Of a DNA stretch of 59,360 bases, positions 47,310 to 55,330 are shown in pieces. The stretch covers positions 1 through 59,360 of the forward strand of contig CAYGXM010000005.1 of NCBI GenBank assembly GCA_964354105.1, in the 5' to 3' direction. Position numbers and translations under genes: made by a program. A model generated the notes under the pieces. That model had not been told where the DNA came from. It did not search any database and saw nothing but the letters and a program-made list of their open reading frames with translations. Position 1 is the first letter of the stretch. Every line of letters begins with the position of its first letter. Source of the DNA: Candidatus Woesearchaeota archaeon. Lineage in GTDB: Archaea; Nanobdellota; Nanobdellia; UBA10117.

Positions 47310-48080
47310 ATGTATACAGTACTGAAGATTCCATTTGACAAATGCATAGTCGAGAAAGAAAGAAGAGGAGCTGCATTAGGCCCTGATAGGATAGAGAAAG
47401 AATACAACGACTTTTTTGAAGCTCCTAAGGTCAGCTGGCTTTCTGCCCCGATTTCAGACGACTTTGAGAAACTCCATAAAGAGATATCTTTTATTGTAGA
47501 AAAGGAAAAACCTATCGTTAGTTTAGGTGGCGATCATTCAACAAGCTATGGAGTAATGAAAGGCTTCTCCAAACAAAAAGGCGAAAATGCCTGCCTGTTA
47601 TTTTTTGATGCGCATTTTGATTGCCAAGATGATTTTGTACCGCCAACACACGAGGATGTTTTGAAAGCTGCTGTAAAAGAGGGCTTCTTCAAATCTGAAG
47701 ATATCTTTGTTGTTGGCGTAAGAAATTACACCAAAGAAGAACTTGCCTTTATTCAGCAAAATAAGATTAAATTTCAACTGGCTAGCGACTTCTCTCCAGA
47801 AGAGATAACAAACTTTGCAAAAAAATATAATAACATTTACTTTAATTTAGACATTGATGTTATTGATCCAAGTTTTGCTCCTGGAACAGGCTGGCCAGAA
47901 CCGCTCGGATTAAACCCAAAAGATGTTTTGGGCATAATTTTGCATCTAAAAGGTAAAATAAAGCTTCTAGATATAGTAGAAGTTAGCCCTCCTAAAGATA
48001 TAAATAACATTACGTCGAGGCTAGCAGCGAAATTTTTAGTAGAGTTTATTAAAAATAGGGCTAGTTCGTCAATTGTATAG
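47310..48080 (+). CDS. speB: agmatinase/arginase family hydrolase
   Basis: GGDHS, FDAHFD, DIDVIDP..APGTG, EVSP. Confidence 0.88.
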   Translation: MYTVLKIPFDKCIVEKERRGAALGPDRIEKEYNDFFEAPKVSWLSAPISDDFEKLHKEISFIVEKEKPIVSLGGDHSTSYGVMKGFSKQKGENACLLFFDAHFDCQDDFVPPTHEDVLKAAVKEGFFKSEDIFVVGVRNYTKEELAFIQQNKIKFQLASDFSPEEITNFAKKYNNIYFNLDIDVIDPSFAPGTGWPEPLGLNPKDVLGIILHLKGKIKLLDIVEVSPPKDINNITSRLAAKFLVEFIKNRASSSIV

Positions 48081-48122
48081 TTTAGGCGACAGTTTTATAA
48101 AGCTTATTTTTGTCCTTTAGAT

Positions 48123-48419
48123 ATGTCTTCGATTTGGAACGCAGCAAAAATCAAGGGTTCAAGAATATTTTTGCGAGAGAAACCCATTGAATTATTACTC
48201 TGCTTAACAAGAGGAAATATCAAGGAGAAATATCCATCTATGCTTGCTAAGGATTCAAAGTGCACGTACAGTCATACTGTGCATTTGCTACAAAGAATGG
48301 AAAAAGTGGAATTAGTACGGTTTGAAAAGAAAGGCAGGTTAAAGATTGTCTCTTTAACCAAAAAGGGCCAAGAAATTTCAGACCTATTAGAATCTTTGGC
48401 AAAAACATTCGGAAGATAA
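48123..48419 (+). CDS. winged-HTH transcriptional regulator
   Basis: CTYSHTVHLLQRME...KKGRLK..LTKKG. Confidence 0.8.
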   Translation: MSSIWNAAKIKGSRIFLREKPIELLLCLTRGNIKEKYPSMLAKDSKCTYSHTVHLLQRMEKVELVRFEKKGRLKIVSLTKKGQEISDLLESLAKTFGR

Positions 48420-48437
48420 ATACAGGAGGCTAAAAAA

Positions 48438-48593
48438 ATGGTAGAAGGTTATTGTGTAAAATGCAAGGCGAAAAGGGAAATTAAAGATCCTAAAAATACA
48501 ACCATAAAAGGCAAGGCAGGCACAAGGCCAGCTGTAAAAGGCACTTGCCCGAAATGCGGTACAGGGATGTTTAGAATAGGCTCATCAATTTAA
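48438..48593 (+). CDS. DUF5679-type small zinc-ribbon protein (51 aa)
   Basis: Hand translation MVEGYCVKCKAKREIKDPKNTTIKGKAGTRPAVKGTCPKCGTGMFRIGSSI; GGAGG SD. Confidence 0.88.
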   Translation: MVEGYCVKCKAKREIKDPKNTTIKGKAGTRPAVKGTCPKCGTGMFRIGSSI

Positions 48594-48602
48594 CGAACGA
48601 TA

Positions 48603-49025
48603 ATGCTCAATTCTACACATCTTCTTTTTTCTTTTCTTTTTGGTTCTTTATTTCTCGATTATATTCATCCTTTATCTCTTACTGCAAAAATAATCTTTGC
48701 TGCTTTGCTATTAATAGGAACATCACTTCCTGATTTGGATTTGAAGATTCCATCCCTCAAACACAGGGGTATTCTTCACACAATCTGGCCTATTATTTTA
48801 ATTTTGATTGTGAATTATTTCCTGAAAAGTTTCATCCCATATTCAATTGCTGCTTTAGCTTTGGGCTATGGCAGTCACTTGTTTGCTGATGCAATAACCA
48901 AAGAAGGCGTAGCACCATTGTCTCCATTAAGCAAACAGGAGATAAAAGGCCCAATAAAAGTAGGCTCGCTTGCTGAATTTGTTGTGGCTGCAATTGTCTT
49001 GACGTATTTACTTCTGAGAATCTAA
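48603..49025 (+). CDS. metal-dependent membrane hydrolase (YdjM/DUF457-like)
   Basis: TH, LPDLD, HRGILH, SHLFADAIT..G..PL. Confidence 0.88.
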   Translation: MLNSTHLLFSFLFGSLFLDYIHPLSLTAKIIFAALLLIGTSLPDLDLKIPSLKHRGILHTIWPIILILIVNYFLKSFIPYSIAALALGYGSHLFADAITKEGVAPLSPLSKQEIKGPIKVGSLAEFVVAAIVLTYLLLRI

Positions 49026-49487
49026 AGCTTCTGCATATTGCTTTACCCTGTCCAAAGCGGGGCTTACTAAAAATTCAGTGATGTAATTGGATATTACCGG
49101 CTTTATCTCGCCGAATTCTGTGATTCTGTAGCCTTCCGGAAGTTTTTCTATCAGTTTCAGGTCTTTCAATCTTCTAAGCTGCCTTCTGATGTTTGGCGCA
49201 GATGCGCCAGGTTTATCTTTCAATTTCTCTAAAAAGTTCTCTATCTGCAGGAATTGCTTATTTTTCCTGACAGTTAACAGCAAGTCAAAAATGTCGACAA
49301 TGACATCGCGGCTCTCTCCAGGATTCAGCAAACCAATGGATAAAAGAAATTTTTTGCTTAATTCTTTGCCGCTTAATGCTGCTGGCTCTTCGTACTTCCG
49401 CAAAGTTATTTCCTGTAACGGTAAATCCTTTAGGGCTCTTTTTTGCATGTATTTAATTAGCATAAAGTCTTTAAAATGCTTTTTCAA
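49008..49487 (-). CDS. hypothetical winged-helix-like protein
   Basis: PNIRRQLRRLKDLKLIEK...YRIT pattern. Confidence 0.65.
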   Translation of the reverse strand: MKKHFKDFMLIKYMQKRALKDLPLQEITLRKYEEPAALSGKELSKKFLLSIGLLNPGESRDVIVDIFDLLLTVRKNKQFLQIENFLEKLKDKPGASAPNIRRQLRRLKDLKLIEKLPEGYRITEFGEIKPVISNYITEFLVSPALDRVKQYAEALDSQK

Positions 49488-49496
49488 TTAATTTGC

Positions 49497-50063
49497 ATGG
49501 CATTAGAGCAATTAAGCGGGCTTAGGAGCAAATTATTAGCTCCATTTTTGTTTAAAGCAAATCCCGCAATTATTACAATTATTTCCTTTTTGTTTGCAAT
49601 TTTTACAGGTTATTTATTTTTTTTGGGCTCTTGGAGTTTAGGCGCGCTAACGTTGATAATTTCTGCAGTCTTGGATGCATTAGATGGAGAGATTGCCAGG
49701 AAATACAAAGTTGCCACAAAATTCGGTGATTTATTAGATCACACTTTTGATAGGATAGCTGATGCTGCAATCTTCATAGGATTGGCATTTAACCCGCAAA
49801 TGCCTTCAGTTTTGACATTGCTGGCACTAATTGCAATTCTTCTTGCGTCATACGCAGGAACAGAAGCGCAGGCATTAATGGGAAAACGGCTCTATACAGC
49901 TTTAGTAGGCAGGGCAGACAGGCTTGTAATTTTATTTGCAGCAGCCTTATTGATGCCTTTCTACTCAAATGCAATGTTCTATGCTATCTTGGCAATTGGA
50001 ATACTGTCTGTACTGACATTTTTCCAGAGAACAATCAAAACTGCAATCACATTAAGACGCTGA
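49497..50063 (+). CDS. CDP-alcohol phosphatidyltransferase
   Basis: D.LDG..AR...T.FG..LD...DR.AD signature. Confidence 0.93.
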   Translation: MALEQLSGLRSKLLAPFLFKANPAIITIISFLFAIFTGYLFFLGSWSLGALTLIISAVLDALDGEIARKYKVATKFGDLLDHTFDRIADAAIFIGLAFNPQMPSVLTLLALIAILLASYAGTEAQALMGKRLYTALVGRADRLVILFAAALLMPFYSNAMFYAILAIGILSVLTFFQRTIKTAITLRR

Positions 50064-50067
50064 TTCG

Positions 50068-50556
50068 CTAATACCAAACTTTCTTTATTTTCAGCAGATA
50101 TGCTATTGTATTTGTAGCAACGTGAAATACCGGCGTCAATACAAGAACAATGACTACTATTTCTATACTTGGAAGTTCAACGATTGAAACAAAGAGTAAT
50201 GCGCCAATTATGAAATCCAACTGGTCTATAATCGGCCAAGATTTTCCTGATGCAATATTTAATCTTCTCTTGATGAGGCTTTTAACTAAATCTCCAACTA
50301 AGGCTCCAATTGACAAAAGTAAGCCTGCTAAAAATCTTCCTTGCAGAATTCCGATAAATGTGCCAACTAAAATCCCGCCAAAAAATCCTGGCCAAGTCTT
50401 TCCTTTCCCAAGAATCGGCGTTTTATTCCACTTTTTGTTGAAATCAATTGGAAATTTGCCTTTGAAAAATTTCCCAAATAAAACAGGAACTGCATTTGCT
50501 ACGTAAGCTGGAAAGATAAACCAGATTGCAGCGATTATCAGATTCAAAATGTCCAT
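50068..50556 (-). CDS. carS: CDP-archaeol synthase (DUF46)
   Basis: PAYVAN..P, PID, LGKGKTW.G, GDL..S.IKRR, DQLDF. Confidence 0.92.
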   Translation of the reverse strand: MDILNLIIAAIWFIFPAYVANAVPVLFGKFFKGKFPIDFNKKWNKTPILGKGKTWPGFFGGILVGTFIGILQGRFLAGLLLSIGALVGDLVKSLIKRRLNIASGKSWPIIDQLDFIIGALLFVSIVELPSIEIVVIVLVLTPVFHVATNTIAYLLKIKKVWY

Positions 50557-50581
50557 AAGAATAGCTGGAATTTATAAATAT

Positions 50582-50609
50582 AAAAAGGTTTGCGCATCTC
50601 TGCGCAACC
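50582..50609 (-). terminator. hairpin plus U-tract terminator
   Basis: Minus strand GGTTGCGCA-GAGA-TGCGCAAACC-TTTTT. Confidence 0.65.
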
Positions 50610-50620
50610 CGTAATTAAAA

Positions 50621-50692
50621 CTATCTTCTCCTTTTTTTTGCTTTTCTTTTGACTTTTCTTCTAACTTTTTTGTGCTTTTTTCTTTTTGCCAT
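50621..50692 (-). CDS. 23-aa Lys/Arg-rich micropeptide
   Basis: Hand translation MAKRKKHKKVRRKVKRKAKKRRR; GAGGT 6 nt upstream; TTTAATATA box; downstream terminator. Confidence 0.65.
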   Translation of the reverse strand: MAKRKKHKKVRRKVKRKAKKRRR

Positions 50693-50764
50693 TTGATTAC
50701 CTCAAAAATAAATGCTATTTCCTATATTAAAGTATTGCGGTATTTTAAATTTGAGTTAAAAAAA

Positions 50765-51751
50765 TTATTTTTGGTATTTTTTATTTTCTGTTTGCTTTTC
50801 TACTGGAGTTTTCCAGAAATAATATGCTGACAAACCAATGAACCACAAAGTCATCAAAGAAGGCATGACTGCATAATTCCACGCCATTCCTTCGGTTATA
50901 TTTACTGCACCTTCAGATAAAAATTTCTGTCCACCTCCATAAACGTCACTCCACCATTTGTAAACTGCAAACATCAGGCCAGTATGTACTGCCATTGCAG
51001 TCGGCAGTGCTGCGGGCTTGCTGAAAATTTTTTCAAGTTTATGTCGCCATGGATGTTTTTGGGCATAAATCCTCTCTTCTTCCTCTCTTGAAATTAACAA
51101 TTTCTTATCTTTAGCCCTGTGATATTTTGCCTTTATCTTGTCTGCTAGTGATTTAAGCTGAGGCGCATATTTTTTAATTAAGTACCTGTACTCTTCGCTT
51201 TCTTTTGTTTTTCTAGCGGACAAATCTTTGTGCTTATCAATTATTTTATCATTATGTTTAAAGCCCTGCGCCATTAAACAACCTGCCGCAGCCATAAAAA
51301 TTATGCTTACAAGCTCGCCACCAAAAAAGTTCAGGGCTTCCCACTCATAGCCCGTAAACTTGAGCTCCGGCCACCATAATGGCACACTGACCATTAGATT
51401 ATGAGCAAAATCATGGCACCAATAATAATAGCAGTGCAGGAAACTGCTGACTGTCGCCATGGCAGATCCCAAAGCAACCTTAGCATAGCCTACATATCGT
51501 ACATACCATGGCTCTGGTTTTGTTGTTGGACTTGATTTTGAGAAATTAGCATCATTTCCAAAATAACAGAAATCACAATCACAATCTTCTGGGTGCTGAT
51601 GCTCCTGCACTATTTCTGACAGCTCTGTTGCATCTTTTAGCTCACTTTTGCTGGCCACAATCCCATTTCCATTTTCACTTCCATTTTCCAGCAAATAATT
51701 ATGATTCGGTGTTTCCCCGACTTGCTCATCTAATACATCCTCAAGGGCCAT
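50765..51751 (-). CDS. hypothetical membrane protein with His/Cys cluster
   Basis: 328 aa; HQHPEDCDCDFC; several TM segments. Confidence 0.7.
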   Translation of the reverse strand: MALEDVLDEQVGETPNHNYLLENGSENGNGIVASKSELKDATELSEIVQEHQHPEDCDCDFCYFGNDANFSKSSPTTKPEPWYVRYVGYAKVALGSAMATVSSFLHCYYYWCHDFAHNLMVSVPLWWPELKFTGYEWEALNFFGGELVSIIFMAAAGCLMAQGFKHNDKIIDKHKDLSARKTKESEEYRYLIKKYAPQLKSLADKIKAKYHRAKDKKLLISREEEERIYAQKHPWRHKLEKIFSKPAALPTAMAVHTGLMFAVYKWWSDVYGGGQKFLSEGAVNITEGMAWNYAVMPSLMTLWFIGLSAYYFWKTPVEKQTENKKYQK

Positions 51752-51823
51752 GCGCGAAAAATTAAATTATCAGCAAATGTTTTAAGGCTTTACAATTCCC
51801 ATCTCTGTTTTGAAAAGATGCTA

Positions 51824-52651
51824 TTACAATTCATCTAGCGGGCTTTTAATTTTCCTTAGCTCTGCAGATGAGACTTTTGTATAAATTTGTGTTGTGCTGA
51901 GGTCTGCATGGCCTAGCAGCTCTTGGATTTTTCTTACATCCACGCCTGCTTCCAATAAATGTGTTGCAAAGCTGTGCCTTAATGTGTGTGGTGATATTTC
52001 CTTTTTGATTCCTGCCTTGGCTGCAATTTTTTGCATCGCCATTTGAATTGCTCTTGGCTTTAGAGCCCCTTCATTTCCTTTGAAGATGTATTCATCTGCA
52101 GCTGCACCATTTGTTAATTTTTCCAATTCTGGCTTGAGTTTCTCTGCAATGTTGAAGAATCTGTCCTTTGAGCCTTTTCCGGACCTGACCCAGGCGATAC
52201 CTTCATTTAATTCTAGATCTCTCACTTTCAAATTTACTGCTTCAGAAACGCGCAAGCCTGCAGAATACATCAATTCCAGCAAAAGCTTATGTTTTGGATT
52301 GTCTGCAGCAGCTAGCAAGGCGTTAATCTCATCTTTTGATAGGGCAGTTGGCACTCTCTTGGGAACTTTGATGTTTTTGGGTAAATCCACTACCTTCTTG
52401 AGAACTTCTTCGAAAAGGAACTTTATGGCAGATTTGGCTAGGGTCATACTCCTGATAGATACCTTGTGGGGGTTAGCATCATCAACCAAATGTGCCAGGA
52501 AACCTCTAGCATCATCAGAACCTAGCTGTTCAATGTCTTTGTTTGCGAACTCGATGAACTTTTGCAGAAAGAAGTTATATGTCTTGACAGTTCTGGGGCT
52601 GAAACCACGGAGCTTTAATTCTACAGCAACTTTCTCCAGTAGTGTGGCCAT
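51824..52651 (-). CDS. xerA: XerA-type tyrosine recombinase
   Basis: GLRVSEA, GKGSKDR, HTLRHSFATHLL, LGHADLSTTQIYT; no IntI-specific insertion. Confidence 0.93.
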   Translation of the reverse strand: MATLLEKVAVELKLRGFSPRTVKTYNFFLQKFIEFANKDIEQLGSDDARGFLAHLVDDANPHKVSIRSMTLAKSAIKFLFEEVLKKVVDLPKNIKVPKRVPTALSKDEINALLAAADNPKHKLLLELMYSAGLRVSEAVNLKVRDLELNEGIAWVRSGKGSKDRFFNIAEKLKPELEKLTNGAAADEYIFKGNEGALKPRAIQMAMQKIAAKAGIKKEISPHTLRHSFATHLLEAGVDVRKIQELLGHADLSTTQIYTKVSSAELRKIKSPLDEL

Positions 52652-52681
52652 AGGATATTAATTTTATACGCAAATATATAG

Positions 52682-52709
52682 CTTGCGTTTAGTGTATCTT
52701 ATACGCAAG
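52682..52709. other. dif-like recombination site CTTGCGTTTAG-TGTATC-TTATACGCAAG
   Basis: 11-6-11 geometry, arms 9/11 inverted-identical; 31 bp upstream of xerA; extra half-site TTATACGCAAA at 52664-52674. Confidence 0.65.
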
Positions 52710-52733
52710 TTTTGAAGCTAAAATGCTTCAAAA
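52710..52733. repeat. perfect inverted repeat TTTTGAAGC-TAAAAT-GCTTCAAAA
   Basis: 9-6-9, directly abutting the dif-like site. Confidence 0.7.
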
Positions 52734-52738
52734 TGGCT

Positions 52739-52765
52739 TAGATTAAAGAGTTTAATCAATAATCA
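52739..52765. repeat. 27-bp direct repeat copy 1 (TAGATTAAAGAGTTTAATCAATAATCA)
   Basis: Identical to 53099-53125; contains GATTAAA-GAG-TTTAATC. Confidence 0.9.
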
Positions 52766-52850
52766 TACTATTTAGATTGAGTAAAAATAAGAAAAATAAA
52801 AATAAAACAAAAAAAGGACTCTACCTAACTAAAGATTAGTAGCTAGAATC

Positions 52851-52994
52851 TTAGTATCTGCTTCGTCTTGGGGCCTTTTTGGCGTAACATTCTCTGCAAT
52901 AAACTGGCTTACCTTCCGTTGGTTGGAATGGTACTTGGCACGGTTGTTTACATTCAGTGCAGGTTGCATCGAACATTTTTCTTTCGAAATCCAT
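52851..52994 (-). CDS. CxxC-x17-CxxC zinc-ribbon protein, copy A (47 aa)
   Basis: Hand translation MDFERKMFDATCTECKQPCQVPFQPTEGKPVYCRECYAKKAPRRSRY. Confidence 0.92.
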   Translation of the reverse strand: MDFERKMFDATCTECKQPCQVPFQPTEGKPVYCRECYAKKAPRRSRY

Positions 52995-53098
52995 TTTACG
53001 TATTTCCTAGCAATCTTTGAAATCTTATTCAGACGTCTCTGATTTGCTAAAAAATACAGAAAATAGGGGTTTATAAGCTTTAGTAAGCCGATTTAGCC

Positions 53099-53125
53099 TA
53101 GATTAAAGAGTTTAATCAATAATCA
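53099..53125. repeat. 27-bp direct repeat copy 2
   Basis: Identical to 52739-52765. Confidence 0.9.
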
Positions 53126-53138
53126 GATATTTCAGCAT

Positions 53139-53537
53139 CTAGAAATGTGCTGTTATTTTCATTGTGCCATACTTCAGAGCTTCGTATTTCTCGCCCATAG
53201 ATTTAGCCAATGGCATTAAAGCAGGGTTAAAAACATCCATTCCTAGTCTATAATGGCGTTCGGATGTCCACCCCGGTTGGATAGTTTGTGGATCAAAAAA
53301 ACCGAAACCATATACTGCAATGGGCGCATCTACTTTAAGCAAAAGATCGTTTATTAACAGGTTTTTTCGCTCGATGTTGAAATAGGCTTGTTCGTAGCCT
53401 ATTTTTAATTTAGATACTAGCTCTCCTAATTTTGGATTTTGCTTGCTAAATGACTTTAACTCATCAGAAAGAAGTTTCTTAAATTGTTCAAATCTCTCTT
53501 CAGCAACTAGTGCGTCGTCTCTTTTCATTTCAACCAT
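53139..53537 (-). CDS. hypothetical protein
   Basis: 132-aa ORF with own TATA-like box. Confidence 0.65.
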   Translation of the reverse strand: MVEMKRDDALVAEERFEQFKKLLSDELKSFSKQNPKLGELVSKLKIGYEQAYFNIERKNLLINDLLLKVDAPIAVYGFGFFDPQTIQPGWTSERHYRLGMDVFNPALMPLAKSMGEKYEALKYGTMKITAHF

Positions 53538-53636
53538 AGCTTATTGTTAATATTGACATTTAAAAGCCTTATGGCAAGTTTAAGCAAAATTAAGAAAAAT
53601 AAAAAATAATTGACCTCTAACTACTGAAAGCTAGAT

Positions 53637-53771
53637 TTATCTTCCGCGTTTCTTCATGAAGCACTCTCTGCAGAACACTGGCCTTCCTTCTTGTGGTTGG
53701 AAAGGTACTTGTGTCTGTTGCCCGCATTCAGCGCAGGTTGCAGGGTACATCTTTCGTTCTCTAAATTCCAT
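53637..53771 (-). CDS. CxxC-x17-CxxC zinc-ribbon protein, copy B (44 aa)
   Basis: Hand translation MEFRERKMYPATCAECGQQTQVPFQPQEGRPVFCRECFMKKRGR. Confidence 0.92.
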   Translation of the reverse strand: MEFRERKMYPATCAECGQQTQVPFQPQEGRPVFCRECFMKKRGR

Positions 53772-53877
53772 TTTACTTTATCCTAGCAAATCTCTAATTT
53801 CCTCTCAGAAATCGACTACTTGCTTACATAATTAAAATATAGGGGTTTTTAAATCTTTAGGCTCTGCTTAGCCTGCT

Positions 53878-54138
53878 TTACTCCAAAACTGAAATATTAG
53901 CAAAAAGCACATCATCATCAGACCGTTGAGTATCTTCCCAATAATCTGTAAGTTCTTTTGCCCTATTCTTTAGCCTCTTAATCAAATCGGGATTCGATTT
54001 AACATATTTTCCAAGTGGCGAATTTGAACTTGGACCATTCAGCAAACTTTCGATTGAAGCTGATGAAGCTTTATGTATGAATGTTTCAAAGCGATTATCT
54101 AAATAGTTTATTGTGGGTTTTTGATACTCCATCGTCAT
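53878..54138 (-). CDS. hypothetical protein
   Basis: 86-aa ORF with own TATA-like box. Confidence 0.6.
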   Translation of the reverse strand: MTMEYQKPTINYLDNRFETFIHKASSASIESLLNGPSSNSPLGKYVKSNPDLIKRLKNRAKELTDYWEDTQRSDDDVLFANISVLE

Positions 54139-54181
54139 ATATTATTGCCATATTGGCATATATAAGCTTTTCTCACAAACT

Positions 54182-54213
54182 AAAATCTCTGATTTTTGAT
54201 TAAAGATTTTAAG
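54182..54213. repeat. 32-bp direct repeat copy 1 (AAAATCTCTGATTTTTGATTAAAGATTTTAAG)
   Basis: 31/32 identical to 54705-54736; forms a hairpin. Confidence 0.9.
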
Positions 54214-54216
54214 GCT

Positions 54217-54660
54217 TTAGCTCACTTCTGCGGCTAGCGCAGCTAGCCGTTTTTGAGCATAATTATGATCGGCCTCAAGGGCTTTTTTAATTGTCTTTTT
54301 GCCTCTTTTTGGCCCTGCGCATTTGACATAATAGGCCCATAATAGGTCTAAATTCTCTAAAACCAGCTTTGTTCCGCGAATAATGGCATCAAGGCTCTCC
54401 TTGTTGCATTCATCTATGACTTCTCGCGTTATCTCTGGTGGATCCTTGGTATCTTCAAGCATTTCTTGCAGTTTTGCACAATATTCTTTTTGCAAGTTTG
54501 ATAGCTTATCCTGAAGGCTCTTTTCATCAGGCAAGGTTATTGTCTGTTTGATAGCATAGAGGTTTAGGTTAAAGTTTGGCACATATTTAGTTTTATAGAT
54601 AAGAGCCTCTAATTCTTGTGCGTCTCTAAAAAGTTTGATTACGTCAATGTCTTTTGTCAT
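54217..54660 (-). CDS. hypothetical helical protein
   Basis: 147-aa ORF with own TATA-like box. Confidence 0.65.
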   Translation of the reverse strand: MTKDIDVIKLFRDAQELEALIYKTKYVPNFNLNLYAIKQTITLPDEKSLQDKLSNLQKEYCAKLQEMLEDTKDPPEITREVIDECNKESLDAIIRGTKLVLENLDLLWAYYVKCAGPKRGKKTIKKALEADHNYAQKRLAALAAEVS

Positions 54661-54704
54661 ATGAATAATTCTATATTGAAATTTATAAGAGTTTCGAACA
54701 AATC

Positions 54705-54736
54705 AAAATCTCCGATTTTTGATTAAAGATTTTAAG
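54705..54736. repeat. 32-bp direct repeat copy 2
   Basis: 31/32 identical to 54182-54213; overlaps the stop codon of the wHTH gene. Confidence 0.9.
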
Positions 54737-55262
54737 CGATTTTATAGTAAACGTCTTTTCCTTCCTGATCTTTCTTCAGTAAATTCATAGAATACAGCTT
54801 GCTTAGCTTTAAGGCCGCATTTGGCCTTGAGATCTTCAGGTTTTTGGCAACTTCTGCGGCTTGGATTTTCTTCTTTTTCCTCACAAAATCGAAGACTTTT
54901 TGCTCATTTGAGGAAAGCTTGATTTTTGATTCCTTTTCCTTGACAGTGATTCTTTGAGTCTCTATCTTTGCAATTCTGGTACTTAATTCGTCAAGTTTCG
55001 CATTAATTTCATTTAATGCATCAATTACTATCGCTAATAATTTTTCATTGACAATTTTGGCCTGGGTGAGTGGATGCTGTTGCAGTTTTTGCAAATCAGT
55101 ATTCCACTCGCGCAGAACCGCGTGCTCCAGTTTGGGTTTCTGTCTTGGCCGTGATTTAACCGTCGTTGTAACTGCGGCTGCGCGTATTTTTTGCTTGATC
55201 TCCGGTTTAGGCGACGCAGGCCGCTTTTCTGGCTTCCGACGAAGAAAATCAAATAATCCCAT
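54732..55262 (-). CDS. coiled-coil plus C-terminal winged-HTH protein
   Basis: LSSNEQKVFDFV...AAEVAKNLKISRPNAALKLSKL...GKDVYY; ATG at 55262 (MGLFDFLRR). Confidence 0.8.
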   Translation of the reverse strand: MGLFDFLRRKPEKRPASPKPEIKQKIRAAAVTTTVKSRPRQKPKLEHAVLREWNTDLQKLQQHPLTQAKIVNEKLLAIVIDALNEINAKLDELSTRIAKIETQRITVKEKESKIKLSSNEQKVFDFVRKKKKIQAAEVAKNLKISRPNAALKLSKLYSMNLLKKDQEGKDVYYKIA

Positions 55263-55275
55263 GTGTTTTTCGACG

Positions 55276-55330
55276 TTAAACGCGTTAAACATGTGTTTAG
55301 ATGTGTTTAACAGTTAAACACTTTAAACAC
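55276..55330. repeat. array of six TAAAC motifs at 9-10 bp spacing
   Basis: TTAAAC at 55276, 55285, 55314, 55323; reverse copies at 55295 and 55305; includes GTGTTTAA-CAG-TTAAACAC. Confidence 0.75.

Noticed and set aside
51824-52651. Integron integrase IntI with attC cassettes
   Set aside because: No IntI-specific insertion between patch II and the HxxR box; the intergenic repeats lack RYYYAAC/GTTRRRY ends
52739-54736. CRISPR array
   Set aside because: Only pairs of repeats, separated by hundreds of bp containing genes; no cas genes
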